DNA from: Eledone cirrhosa
Taxonomy: Eukaryota
Direction of reading: 5' to 3'
Assembly: GCA_964016885.1 (NCBI GenBank)
Contig: OZ024751.1
Location: 4,960,001-5,024,000 of the forward strand
DNA: 64,000 nucleotides
Shown one piece after another: positions 1 to 14,699 of this stretch. Numbering within the stretch: the first letter of the stretch is position 1; the number at the start of each line of letters is the position of its first letter. Under the pieces are notes generated by a model that made no database searches, was not told the DNA's origin, and saw nothing but the letters and a program-made list of their open reading frames with translations. The position numbers and the translations under genes are program-made.

Positions 1-243
1 GGTATAATTTTCCTTGGCTATGTCAAAATTTATAAAACACTCTTTGTATTTTATTTGATGAAAGCGTACCAAAGTTTTTGGTACCCTTAAAATATATATA
101 ATAGAATAAATATGGTTTTATAAATATAGTTTCCATTTATTTAATATCATTGAATATTTACTCCAGAAACTGTCGAGTGCTCTGAATCAGTTATAAACAT
201 TTATATTTGTGCGATTTCCAACAAATTAAATATCCCTTCTACT

Positions 244-245
<2 letters not shown>
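1..245 (+). mobile_element. PLE pseudo-LTR 3' end (group A) with inactivated HHR at 47-108
   Basis: TATTTTAT-TTGATGA-stem II-AAAA-TATATA-TA-ATAGAATA; colinear with 32300-32550 but the core C3 and G12 are mutated; ends in (TA)n. Confidence 0.7.
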
Positions 246-270
<25 letters not shown>

Positions 271-274
<4 letters not shown>

Positions 275-1076
275 GACGTAAAATAAGAAAATTATAAAAA
301 TTAACTTACTTACTAAAATTTCACTCCAACTAATTAGTTTCTGAAAGGGAATAAACATGGTTTCCGAATGGAACCCATGGCGAAAGCCTTTCGTCATCAG
401 GAAGTCTATTCTCAGCTAATTTCCCAGGCGATGCGTGGACACAGGGAACTTATACAAAAATAATTCAGTGGATGGAAAAAAGCAAGCGTGGACTAAATTC
501 CAAGATATTGAAAAAATCACTGCCTACTTGGTCGGTGGCAAATTCAAAAGAATCAATCACGTGACATCGAGGTTAATCAGTTAGGAGTGGGGTGTTAAGA
601 AGACAGTAGCCGAACTATTACTATGAACTATAGTAGCAAGTAGCAGTTTTGGCAAATTTTTGCTCAACAAAAAAATTTATAGATAATTATAAAGAATTAG
701 TATATCTACCAACATATATATACAGATGCATACCTATGCTAGCAAATATATAGGTTTTGTCTTAGTAACTTTGTGGTTCAATGCAAGGGGATGCAGAACA
801 ATTATATGAAAGACGTAAAATAAGAAAATTATAAAAATTAACTTACTAAAATTTCACTTCAACTAATTAGTTTCTGAAAGGGAATAAACATGGTTTCCGA
901 ATGGAACCCATGGCGAAAGCCTTTCGTCATCAGGAAGTCTATTCTCAGCTAATTTCCCAGGCGATGCGTGGACACAGGGAACTTATACAAAAATAATTCA
1001 GTGGATGGAAAAAAGCAAGCGTGAACTAAATTCCAAGATATTGAAAAAATCACTACCTACTTGGTCGGTGGCAAAT
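271..1076 (-). mobile_element. Partial tandem pLTR/retrozyme-like element (direct repeat 271-543 and 808-1076, period ~535 bp)
   Basis: Near-identical ~270 bp direct repeat, each copy with an HHR; flanked by (TA)n. Confidence 0.75.
323..405 (-). ncRNA. Type I hammerhead ribozyme (second copy 856-938)
   Basis: ACTTC CTGATGA cGAAAGG..CCTTTCa GAAA CTAATTAG TT^ GGAGT (GAAGT in copy 2); palindromic stem III. Confidence 0.7.
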
Positions 1077-2290
<1,214 letters not shown>

Positions 2291-2413
2291 GTAGGAGGTG
2301 AGTTTTATTGTAGTACAATAAAGCAATGCAGATATCGGATAAGAAGCACTCTACAGTTTGTAGGACTGGAGTATACATAATATATAAGAACAAAAGATGG
2401 TTAAAGGAGTTCC

Positions 2414-3298
2414 ATGAATAGATACAAAAACATAATCTGGTATAATGCTCCCTTCTCCATCTCTATTAATAACAATATTCCTAAATTATTCTTTAGTGCC
2501 TTAAATAAATGCTTCCCTCCCTCACATATCTATAGTAAAATATTTAACAAACACACCATAACATTTTCTTATTCTACATCCTCCAATATTTCCAACATTA
2601 TCTCTAAACACAACAATAAAATACTAAATACTAAATCTCTTCCTTCCAACACTGAATTTCATAATAATAGTAATAGTACTCCCGACGTCATTGTAAACCC
2701 TAGGCTAATTTCTGCAAACCCAAATACAACGTCAAACACAACTTCGCTAAATGTTCATAATCCAACTCTAAATCAAGAAACTATTATTCCTATCGCAAAC
2801 AACTTCTCCAATCCAATTCCTTCTATAGATAACACTAGGTCACTCATTAATAATCTCTCTAATTGCAATTGCAATTGCCCTATTAAAAATAAATGTCCTC
2901 TCAACAACCATTGTCTTGATAAAAACTTAATTTATGAATGTAAAGTTATAACTAACACCAATTCCTTCACCTATTTTGGCTCCACTTCCACCTCTTTTAA
3001 AGCTCGTCTCTATAATCATCATTCATCTTTTAAATACAAACTTAAAAGAACCAACACGGCTCTCTCAGAACTCATATGGTCCTTGAAAGACAAAAACATT
3101 AAATATACCATCTTTTGAAAGAAGGTTTCTTCTGCGTCTTTATACTTGAACAGCTCTCTATCTAAAATCTGCAATCTCTGCCTAAATGAAAAATTTACCA
3201 TTATCTCTAATCTAGATTCTATAATAAATAGACGAACTGATTTGTTTTCTATCTGCTTGCATAAATTCCATAAAACATTTCACAAAGTATACAGCTAA
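2414..3298 (+). pseudogene. PLE C-terminal region with GIY-YIG endonuclease (in-frame TGA at 3116-3118)
   Basis: WYNAPF..FP..H.Y..IFN..T..SYST, CNC....CPL...C, IY..YFGST..FK.R..NH..SF, LS..IW.LK, CNLC..EK. Confidence 0.88.
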
Positions 3299-4170
3299 TA
3301 TTCAATTCTTTATCAATTTAGAATCTTTTTCTCAAAGGCACATATACATACACCTCTTTTAAAATATACCCATCTTCCTACCTTATTTCAAAGGGTATTA
3401 TACACTCTATAATACTTGTTTACTCATTACCCTTACTCTATTTTCACCTTGTAAAATCCTTCGTAACATATACATTTGTTTTGACGCCAGATTATTCATC
3501 CTTAATTCATTATTTTTTTCTCCCTATCATCTAATTTTTTTCTCCCTATCATCTAACTCATTCTCAATACATATTAACTCTTTCTTCGCACATATTATCA
3601 ATTCCTTCAATATACAAACCTTAACTTCACATTATTTTTCTCAAATCCTTCAATACACAAACCTTAATTTTTTTTCTCTTCCTTAATTTTCAAATTTCCA
3701 TAATACTTGTAAACATACACACTTTTTTTTTTGACGTTAGAATATTCATCCGCAATTCATTATTTTATTCTCTCTATCATCAAACTCATTATTCTAAATA
3801 CATATTAACTCCCTCTCCTTCGTCGCACATATTTTTCCCTTCGTTAATTTTCAAATTCTTTTAATTTATACATTATCTTCCAACGGTTTTCAACCTCTCT
3901 ATGTAAAACAATATATCTTTCTCAGTTATAAAAAACTATCTCTCTCTCTCTATCACCCATCTCTCCTCCTATCTCAACCTTCCTCATTATATTCCTCCCT
4001 CTCATCTCACCTTCACTCTCATCTCCTCCTCTTTTTTTCATCCTTTCGACCCCCCCTCTAAATAAAATATTTTTCCCAATATCACACATCAATCTAAAAC
4101 TACTTCTCATATGTTGATTTAAAACTGCACTATCCACAAGTGTTTTTTAGCCTTCATATCATGTCCTCCT

Positions 4171-4239
4171 GTTTTATCTGATGAAAACACAAATATTATT
4201 GCATGATGATGTTTGTTTTTGAAATGCGCATAATAAAAT
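4171..4239 (+). ncRNA. Type I hammerhead ribozyme
   Basis: GTTTTAT CTGATGA long stem II GAAA TGCGCA TA^ ATAAAAT. Confidence 0.85.
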
Positions 4240-4472
4240 ACATGGAACTCCTTTAACCATCTTTTGTTCTTATATATTATATATACATATATATACATAT
4301 ATATATATACATATATATATACATATATATACATATATATATATACATATATATATACATATATATACATAAATATATATACATATGTATATATATATAC
4401 ATATATATATACACATGTATATATATATACATATATATATATACATATATATATACATATGTATATATATAC

Positions 4473-4503
<31 letters not shown>

Positions 4504-4832
4504 CATATGTATATATATATACATATATATATATACATATGTATATATATATACATAAATATATATACATATGTATATATATATACATAAATATATATAC
4601 ATATGTATATATATATACATATATATATATACATATGTATATATATATACATATATATACATACATATATATACATATGTATATATATACATATATATAT
4701 ATACATATGTATATGTATACATATATATATATATACATATGTATATATATATATACATATGTATATATATATACATATATATACATATGTATATATGTTG
4801 AAAATTGCAAACTCGACTGTCACCACATATTA

Positions 4833-4871
4833 TGAACCCGAAGATTGCGAAAGCATGAAAGTACTTGTTCA
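4833..4871 (+). ncRNA. Minimal HHR, U4C core variant, in a short pLTR fragment (~4798-5020)
   Basis: TGAAC CCGAAGA tTGC-GAAA-GCAt GAAA GTAC TT^ GTTCA. Confidence 0.65.
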
Positions 4872-5174
4872 ATTAACACTTAGAATTTAATATTCTATCA
4901 TACTATTTCATTATAATACCATTATATATTTTAAAGGATTGTAAATAAAACGAGTAAATGAGACAAAGTTGGAATTCCTCTTATTAATATAATCTTCTAT
5001 ACACAATCATACACACCCGTGTATATTTACCTATCTATATCTATATACATATATATACATATGTATATATATATATATATATATGCATCTATATACATAT
5101 ATATATATACATATATATACATATATATATATATACATATATATATATACATATATATATATACATATATATAC

Positions 5175-5205
<31 letters not shown>

Positions 5206-5306
5206 CATATATATATATACATATATATACATATATATATATATACATATATATACATATATATATACATATATATACATATATATATATACATATATAT
5301 ATATAC

Positions 5307-5339
<33 letters not shown>

Positions 5340-5359
5340 CATATATATATACATATACG

Positions 5360-5577
5360 TGAAGGCGTGTGGCTGAGTGGTTAGAGAATTGGATCCGCAA
5401 TCGTAAGGTTGTGAGTTCGATTCCTGGACCAGGCGATGCGTTATGTCCTTGAGCAAGACACTTTATTTCACGTTGCTCCTTCTACCTGGAGTTGCGACCG
5501 ATAGATAGTATTAGCAATTGGAAAGACCAACGGAAACATTGTTCCCTCGGTCCGATTTGACGAAAGTCGATCGTTCC
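5360..5577 (+). mobile_element. tRNA-derived SINE with CORE-like domain (second copy 39597-39812)
   Basis: A box TGGCTGAGTGG, B box GTTCGATTCC, then GTCCTTGAGCAAGACACTT. Confidence 0.85.
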
Positions 5578-5729
5578 TATATATATATATACATATATAT
5601 ATATATACATATATATATACATATACATATATATACATATATATATATATACATATATATATATACATATATATATATACATATATATACATATATATAT
5701 ATATATACATATATATATACATATACATA

Positions 5730-5779
<50 letters not shown>

Positions 5780-6020
5780 CATATATATACATATATATAA
5801 ATGAAAAGTATAGAAAACATTGTAGCAAAAAGCCAACAGTATTCCGTAATATATAATATATAAATGACTATAGAGTCAAAATGGGAAAAATAATTCAAAG
5901 TCATCTCAAAGAGAATCAGGATATAGATTCATCCACAGAATTTAGTGAAATCCAAGGAAAAATCAATAGAGCCTTAACTCATGATAAAATAAAGTTTAAA
6001 ATACTCATCCTTCAATTTGG

Positions 6021-6096
6021 TCTGTATAGTCTTAAAGACTATTTCACGAAAACTTTCAGTGGAGATGGTCACGGTTGGAATTCGATCCTCAGCAGA
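6021..6096 (-). ncRNA. Type I HHR with full stem III in pLTR fragment 5800-6186
   Basis: TCTG CTGAGGA tCGAA..TTCGt GAAA TAGTC-TTTAA-GACTA TA^ CAGA. Confidence 0.8.
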
Positions 6097-6200
6097 GCTC
6101 AACTCGATAACCAAAATTCTCACAGATTAATATGCCAAAAAGGGAATTTAAAACAGGCTAGTATATATATATTTAAAATAGGCTAGTATATATATATATT

Positions 6201-6260
<60 letters not shown>

Positions 6261-6442
6261 CTTATACATATATATACATATATATACATATATATATATA
6301 CATATATATATATACATATATATATATATACATATATATATACATATATATTTACATATATATATATACATATATATTTATATATATATATACATATATA
6401 TATATATACATATATATTTATATATATATATAAATATATATT

Positions 6443-6489
<47 letters not shown>

Positions 6490-6501
6490 ACATATATATA
6501 T

Positions 6502-6539
<38 letters not shown>

Positions 6540-6542
<3 letters not shown>

Positions 6543-6738
6543 TATTCATACATGCACACATATATACATGCACACATATATATATGCACGTATCGTTTTA
6601 CCGAACATTTATTATAAGGCTCGGTTTGTTTGTAAACAAACAAACAGCCCGAATTACGCCGTACAGTGTTTAGGCAACCACGTAACTGCCGTACCAAGAG
6701 TGAGAAATGAAATTTCGTTTCATTGTATTCCATTTATA
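6540..6738. mobile_element. Internally inverted fragment of the 487-bp retrozyme family (similar fragment 61190-61400)
   Basis: Homologous to 36690-36805, then switches strand to match ~37005-37052. Confidence 0.8.
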
Positions 6739-6759
6739 TATATATGTATAGTAATAATA

Positions 6760-7065
6760 ATAAATTTGAAGACTAAAATCCAAAGAGGGATCGATAAGGA
6801 TAAATATATATCAAATATATAAGAACCGTAGAGCAAATATTTATTAAAATAACAGATTAAAGTTTAAGCAAAGAATCGCTGCTTTCACCCTTAACGGGAT
6901 CTTCTGAAACTAACAAAGTCAATCTGTAAACGCAGAACTGGACATTTCAAAAAACGTTGCAACCGGAGGAAGACAGGAAGACGATACTTTGGTTTGTGGA
7001 AGCGTTCGCTGGTAAGGGTGAAAGCAGCGATTCTTTGCTTAAACTTTAATCTGTTATTTTAATAA

Positions 7066-7070
<5 letters not shown>
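6760..7070 (-). mobile_element. Family C pLTR with U4A HHR (6861-6911) and terminal inversion (7013-7068); similar copy 39860-40062
   Basis: Matches 24821-25085 and the reverse complement of 57190-57360. Confidence 0.85.
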
Positions 7071-7099
<29 letters not shown>

Positions 7100-7277
7100 G
7101 TATATATGTATATATGTATTGATTATACTATTTATGGTTATGCAAATACAAAAACCTTTTGTAGTTATATATATTTTTATAAACCCTAAATAGTGGTAGG
7201 CAGTAATATACTACTACCTTATTAACAGTAAGTTAAATAGCTTAATGTAATAACATCAGATGATTTACAGAGCAGTT

Positions 7278-7646
7278 ATATGAATTATAAGAATCAAAGA
7301 ACTGTTCAAAACATTTTTATGCTTACAACTGTTTCCTTCAAACCGAGGTTTGGATTCTTCGGAGCAATTTATTATTGAATAAACACTTATATGACCTCCT
7401 TTTCACCCAAGAGACATACAGATACATATGCAAATATTGTGGGTCAACATTCATTACAGCATGGAATGAATGCTGTAATGAATATTGACCCACAATATTT
7501 GCATATGTACCTCTTGGGTGAAAAGGAGGTCATATAAGTGTTCATTCAATAATAAATTGCTCCGAAGAACCCAGACCTCGGTTTGGAGGAAACAATTGTA
7601 AGCATAAAAATGTTTTGAACAGTTCTTTGATTCTTATAATTCATAT
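7278..7646. repeat. Fold-back palindrome of family B pLTR with two divergent U4C HHRs (7320-7366 minus, 7558-7604 plus)
   Basis: Arms ~180 bp, centre ~7465; TGCT CCGAAGA..GAAA CAATTG TA^ AGCA. Confidence 0.9.
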
Positions 7647-7897
7647 GTATATATGTATATATATATATATGTGTATATATTTATATATATATGTATATAT
7701 ATGTATATGTATATGTGTATATATATGTATATATATATATATATGTGTATATATTTATATATATGTATATATATGTATATGTATATGTATATATATCTAT
7801 ATGTATATGTATATATATGTATATGTATATGTATATATATGTATATGTATGTATATATATGTATATATACATATATATATATGTATATGTATGTATA

Positions 7898-7960
<63 letters not shown>

Positions 7961-7969
7961 ATGTATATA

Positions 7970-10007
7970 TAAGAATTAAAATACTAGAGTGCGTTGGAGT
8001 AAAACACACTCGTCGTATTATAGAAATGACAGTATTGGTTATAGCTCAATGTAATACAACAGGGCCGAAAAATTATAAAAATAGACAAAGAAGCCTTCAA
8101 TACATCAAAAGTCTTTATTAGCCTACAATGTTTCGTCCCATTAATAAGGACTCATCAGGACAATTAAACAGATAAGAAGCATTAACGGCCAGAACAAGCC
8201 AAAACTCAGAAGAATAGGGAATTCATATCCATGAAAGCTTATGGGAGATATGAAGGAAAAACATGCTAAAGCTAAAAGTTTGCAGTTATAAAAATAGATT
8301 ATATGGCAAGAAATTGAGTAAAATGTCAAACCAACGTTGAAATTACAGTATAATACAAATACATTAAATACAACATGGTAATATAATATAACAATTACAA
8401 TACAATATAATGGGTAATAAAGTTTAATATATGTATATATATATACATCCATATATATACACATTTACACAAACACATACTAACACTTAATAAGTATAAA
8501 TATACTCTTTATAATATAAAATAAAATAAAAACACCCTGACTGTGCGCATAAACTATACAAAAAATAAACTATACAAAATATATGCTATACAAGAAATAA
8601 TATAATAATATACTGACATCAAAAATATACAAAACTACATCATACATATCACTTAATGTCAACAAGTTGAATATAAAGTTTTACACAGGGTAAGAAAAAA
8701 TATCTTAATAAAACTGGAGTATGTTGAAAAAAAAAATATATATACATAAATACATAAAGTATTGATAATAAGTATATAGGGGTATATGCAGTTTACATTC
8801 ATAATATTACAAAATATTATATAAAATATAACAAAACAGTACCTAAAAATCAGACATAAAATAATACGTATAATTCCATTACATAGAAATAATATGATAT
8901 ATAAATATTAATATTATAATGATAAATAATATAATAATATAAAAATATAAAAGCAGACTGGCAGAGTCAATAGAAAATGTTTAAGAGATATTTACGCGAT
9001 TAATATATTAATACAGGGAGACAAAACAGCAAGTGGTAGTGAAGAAGTAATGATGATGATGATAGGAAGACAGACATCAAGTGGTAGTAATAAAATAAAT
9101 AAAATAAAATAAAACGAAGAACAAAAACAAAAAAACAAAAACAAGCACAGTACGTAGGTATAACGATTCATTATGTAAATATAGAAGGTATTATTATTCT
9201 AAACTAAAGAGTTGAATAGAAAACCTTATTAAATTAATTAATATTAAAATTGCCTAAAAGATATTATTAGTAAGTCTAAATGGAATAAAGTTTAAGTCAT
9301 CAAAGTCGTATAAAATTATGATATTTCAATAAAAACTATAATATAATACATTACGATCCGATCAGATGAATTACGTTACCAAAGAAAAAACTCTAAATAA
9401 AACTATGGTAGACCAATGGGAAGAGAAAAAAGTGAAACTATGGAGGATAGGAAGGATCATAAAAGTAAAAGTTAATATATAATATAATATAATAAATAGG
9501 AGTATAAAAGTAGAATTAATATATAATATAATAAAAAGGGGCGAATAAGAAGTGTGGAAAGGAGGAGGTTCATTAGTTTTAGATGTAGGAGACTCAAAAT
9601 TAAACTATTCAATAAGATACAAACTTACAAGGCGATAATATTGAGTAAAAATGTAATAATGTTTAAGATGATAGATATGGTAAGGTAGCTAATACGACTA
9701 TGAAAACTAAAATTCGAAAATCGAAACAACCCTGTATTAATATATTAATCGCGTAAATATCTCTTAAACATTTTCTATTGACTCTGCAAGTCTGCTTTTA
9801 TATTTTTATATTATTATATTATTTATCATTATAATATTAATATTTATATATCATATTATTTCTATGTAATGGAATTATACGTATTATTTTATGTCTGATT
9901 TTTAGGTACTGTTTTGTTATATTTTATATAATATTTTGTAATATTATGAATGTAAACTGCATATACCCCTATATAGTTATTATCAATACTTTATGTACTT
10001 ATGTATT

Positions 10008-10051
<44 letters not shown>

Positions 10052-10653
10052 TCAACATACTCCAGTTTTATTAAGATATTTTTTCTTGCCCTGTGTAAAA
10101 CTTTATATTCAACTTGTTGACATTAAGTGATATGTATGATGTAGTTTTGTATATTTTTGATGTCAGTATATTATTATATTATTTCTTGTATAGCATATTT
10201 TTTGTATAGTTTATTTTTTGTATAGATTATGCGCACCGTCAGGGTGTTTTTATTTTATTTTATATTATAAAGAGTATATTTATACTTATTAAGTGTTAGT
10301 ATGCGTTTGTGTAAGTGTGTATATATATGGATGTATATATATATATACATATATTAAGCTTTATTACCCATTATATTGTATTGTAATTGTCATATTATAT
10401 TACCATGTTGTATTTAATGTATTTGTATTATACTGTAATTTCAACGTTGGGTTGACATTTTACTCAATTTTTTGCCATATAATCTATTTTTATAACTGCA
10501 AACTTTTAGCTTTAGCATGCTTTTCCTTCATATCTCTCATAAGCTTTCATGGATATGAATTCCCTATTCTTTGAGTTTTGGCTTGTTCTGGCCGTTAATA
10601 CTTCTTATCTGTTTAATTGTCCTGATGAGTCCTTATTAATGGGACGAAACATT
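7970..10653. mobile_element. Non-coding PLE 3' region as a long inverted repeat (arms 8127-9018 and 9730-10653, ~710 bp spacer)
   Basis: Arms are reverse complements; HHR 8121-8161 (minus): GTC CTGATGA GTCC..GGAC GAAA CATTG TA^ GGC; truncated plus copy 10619-10653. Confidence 0.88.
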
Positions 10654-10672
10654 ATGTATATGTATAGATATG

Positions 10673-10707
<35 letters not shown>

Positions 10708-10785
10708 GTATATATATGAATATATATATATATATATATACATATATATATACATATATATATACATATATATACATATATATAC

Positions 10786-10901
<116 letters not shown>

Positions 10902-11100
10902 GTATATATATATATGTGTATATATATATGTGTATATATATGTGTATATATATATGTATATATATATATGTATATATATATGTGTATATATATATATGTG
11001 TATATATATGTGTATATATATATGTGTATATATATGTGTATATATATGTGTATATATATATGTGTATATATATATGTGTATATATGTATATATATATATG

Positions 11101-11169
<69 letters not shown>

Positions 11170-11194
11170 GTATATGTATATATGTATATATATA

Positions 11195-11400
11195 CCCAGG
11201 GGGTGTAACTAGGAGTTACTGCAGGTTCACCCGGGTGAGCACTCGATGTTTAGGTTCACTTCTGTGATGATGTGTAGAGCTATACAGAGTGTAATATATA
11301 GAAAGGATAAAAGGACGATTTATTATTCCTTCATTGCATTTATTGATAGGTGACGCGCGTTTCGCCACTGATCAGTTCAAAGTTCGATCTATATCGAAAA
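11195..11400 (-). mobile_element. pLTR-like terminus with decayed HHR 3' half; diverged relative at 40170-40502 (plus)
   Basis: GAAA CGCGCG TC on minus at ~11352-11363; 11195-11295 resembles the reverse complement of 40405-40502. Confidence 0.5.
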
Positions 11401-12232
11401 TGAAATACATGCTATGTGATAAAGTCAGATATTCAAGAGTTTGACAAAATGAGTTGTTTTGATTGGTGGGAGGGTCAAGGCGATGTACTCGCCTGTAGTG
11501 TATATGGGGGTTGGTGTGATGGTGAGATGTTGGTGACGATGGGTGGATGAGATGGGCTGTGGTGTGGTGGTGGTTGATTGGCCTTGGCGTATAGAGTATG
11601 TGTGGGTGTGGATGTCATGATATGGTGGTGGTTATGGTTGCTTAGTGGGATGGCTGTGGTATGAGGTTAGTGGGTTGTCAGTAGACCGGTTGGCGTGTGT
11701 GTGGGGGTGTGGTATTGGTGCCGCTGTCTATGGTAGTGGTGTTTGTGGTGGTGTGACGGATGTATTGGTGGCGTCAAGGTCATTACCTAGATACATAGTT
11801 AGTCGCTCATCGTCTGGCAGATGCTTTGTGTATACCTATACGCACACACACATATAGGTATACATGTGCACACATTTTCTTGTATAAACACACCCACCAC
11901 ACAACACATACGCACATCCCTGCTCACACATATCGACACACGGTCACACACGGCCATATGTATATGTACACACATGTATGTTCGTGTGCGCGTGCGGACA
12001 CGAATATGGAGAGTGGGGGAGTATCGTTGGGAGTGGCGAATGACGGAGATGGGGGAAGGTGAGAGGCAATGTAGAAGGTGTTTTACATAATACGTACACA
12101 TACATATACCCATACATACATATGGGTATGGGCACCTGGACTCACACTCACGTATACAAAATATACACGTACTCACTCACACACACGTATACTCACGCAC
12201 ATATATACACACACATATATACACATATACCT

Positions 12233-12319
<87 letters not shown>

Positions 12320-12531
12320 TAGATATACACACACACACATGTATATACAACACACAGATATACACGCACATATACACATACATGCACGCACAAGAGCTCA
12401 CCTACACATATAGTCAGATTCACCCATATACCTATATGTAGACGTACACATATACACACATACACATACATATAGACACATACACACACGCATACACATA
12501 CACATATATATATATATACAGATACGTACCC

Positions 12532-12587
<56 letters not shown>

Positions 12588-12599
12588 GTATATATATAT

Positions 12600-12634
<35 letters not shown>

Positions 12635-12680
12635 GTATATATATATATGTATGTATATATATATATGTATATATATATTA

Positions 12681-12730
<50 letters not shown>

Positions 12731-12830
12731 TATATATATGTATATATGTATATATATATATGTATACATGTATATATATATGTATATATGTTTATATATA
12801 TGTATATATGTATATATATATGTATATATG

Positions 12831-12904
<74 letters not shown>

Positions 12905-12906
<2 letters not shown>

Positions 12907-13270
12907 GAAATTACATGAATCAAAGTTCAGTTTAAATCATTTATTTGCTTACAATTGTTTCCTCCAAACCGAGGTTTGGGTTCTTCGGAGCAATTATTTA
13001 GTGATTTTTTTACATACTTGACCTCCTTTTCAACACAAGAGACATATAGAAACATATGTATATATTGACCCACAGTGGGTTGACATCCATCATAATAATA
13101 TAGCATGGCAATTTACATACAAAGATTACAGTCATATTAAAGGACAAAATTAAAGTTAAAATTAAAATTAAAATAAAATAAAACATTGGCAGTTTATGAA
13201 GATAAAGCAAGAGGAAAGTTTAGAGTAGCCAGTGTATGTAACAGTCTCACGTGTGGCATGCACGCGTGTC
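12905..13270 (-). mobile_element. Family B pLTR with U4C HHR 12945-12993; second copy 18240-18575 with HHR 18279-18324
   Basis: TTGCT CCGAAGA stem II GAAA CAATTG TA^ AGCAA; homologous to 7278-7460. Confidence 0.85.
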
Positions 13271-13889
13271 TTATTTATACAAGATTATAGTGCAGCAGAT
13301 TGTTACATGTAAAACAAGCAGTTAAAGCAGGCAATCAATAGCATCATGGGGGCTGTATTGTTAAAGCATTTTTCACACCCACCTGTACGATATAGAAGCC
13401 CGTGTGTAGAGAAACACCAAAAATATCAAAAATATCAAAAATATTACAAATTAGAAGCAAAACAGCACCACTGTCCTCGCACACACCACCACTCACACAA
13501 TCCAGGAAACGCAATTTATAGACTACATGTCCATCACACAATCCACGATGATTCAACATTGGGTGCCTGATGAACCATTATAAAACATAGCTTGTCGTTC
13601 TTTAAATTGATCCATAGATCAGGTTGTTTATGTTGTGAGAGATGACATTGTATTATATTCCGGAAGTATGTGTGTGATTAAGGGGTGTTAATGCGTAAGG
13701 GGAGTTAATGCGTAAGGGGAGGTAACTAGCTGATTTCCATAGTTAAATTTATTATCCTAAAGTACATTAATGGTGTTTCAAATGAGTCCCTATCATATAA
13801 GGATATAAACAATTTCTAAATTTAAGTATCTTATCTATAAATTAGAGTGTAGTCTATCAAGAAGTACTAAAGGTGTTCATATTAGGATG

Positions 13890-14105
13890 ACACTATCTAA
13901 AAACTAAAAATAAACCATATACACTTAAATGGGAAGTGATAGGTAATGCGACATCGTACAAACCACCTAATAAATTTTGTAACCTCTGTCTACTAGAGAC
14001 CCATACTATCATCTTCTCAAACCATAACCTCCTTAATAAAAAATCAGAAGTGTTCGCGTCTTGCCAACACCGCTTCCGACACTCCTTCCAAAACTTTAAA
14101 CCCCA
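13890..14105 (+). repeat. Inverted duplicate of the endonuclease C-terminus at 14703-14918
   Basis: KPPNKFCNLCLLETHTIIFSNHNLLNKKSE is encoded on both strands. Confidence 0.9.
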
Positions 14106-14699
14106 CCGAACATTCCACATGAAGAGTCAGATCTCCAAATCAATGATCTTTGTAAGTGTAGTCCACCCGTAGGACCTGGCAGGGTCTTATTAGAATCACT
14201 TCTATATATGACTCCTGGTAAGTTCTGGGTCATTGCATGACTGGTTGCATGGCGAAGTTAAATATCACTAGGGTAGTCCAGAGATCAATTCTCACTCACA
14301 AAGACACCGATCTGACCATCAAGTCATACATGTATTTATAACTCATACATCACCTCTACATAATTCATTGCACTCAGCATATAGATTATATAGCTTTTTT
14401 ATGTTAATAAATTAATTACTTAATCTTCCATTTATCCAATGATGGCACTACATACACAGGACAATGTTAGTACAACCAATTCCGTGCTTAAAGTTTACAT
14501 TGGTGTAATGTAGTCTAAGCAATTGAAGGCCAATATACCAAAAGTAGAAGTACATGAGGATATCTCCAAGGTAAAAGGTACTAGGAGGATGTCACTATTT
14601 GTGTTAAAGAAGATTAATGGGTGTGGAGATGAGGTGTAAGGTGTGCCCCTGATGATTGCTGCTAGAGGTGGTGACGGGTTCAAGTCTGACATTGTTATA

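Larger units (their letters stand above)
2291..4280 (+). mobile_element. 5'-truncated PLE (Hydra-clade-like) with inverted pLTR arm at its 5' end
   Basis: 2377-2416 is the reverse complement of 4241-4280; GIY-YIG ORF remnant; 3' HHR; TA flanks. Confidence 0.85.

Noticed and set aside
5360-5440. tRNA genes at A/B-box sequences
   Set aside because: No complete cloverleaf; they continue into SINE bodies found in multiple copies
7278-10653. MITE/foldback DNA transposon interpretation of the palindromes
   Set aside because: Arms match one-sided PLE pLTR-type sequence with HHRs and have unequal ends, unlike true terminal inverted repeats
13560-13640. CTGATGA at ~13567 (and at ~31849)
   Set aside because: No correctly placed GAAA and stem III; at most decayed remnants
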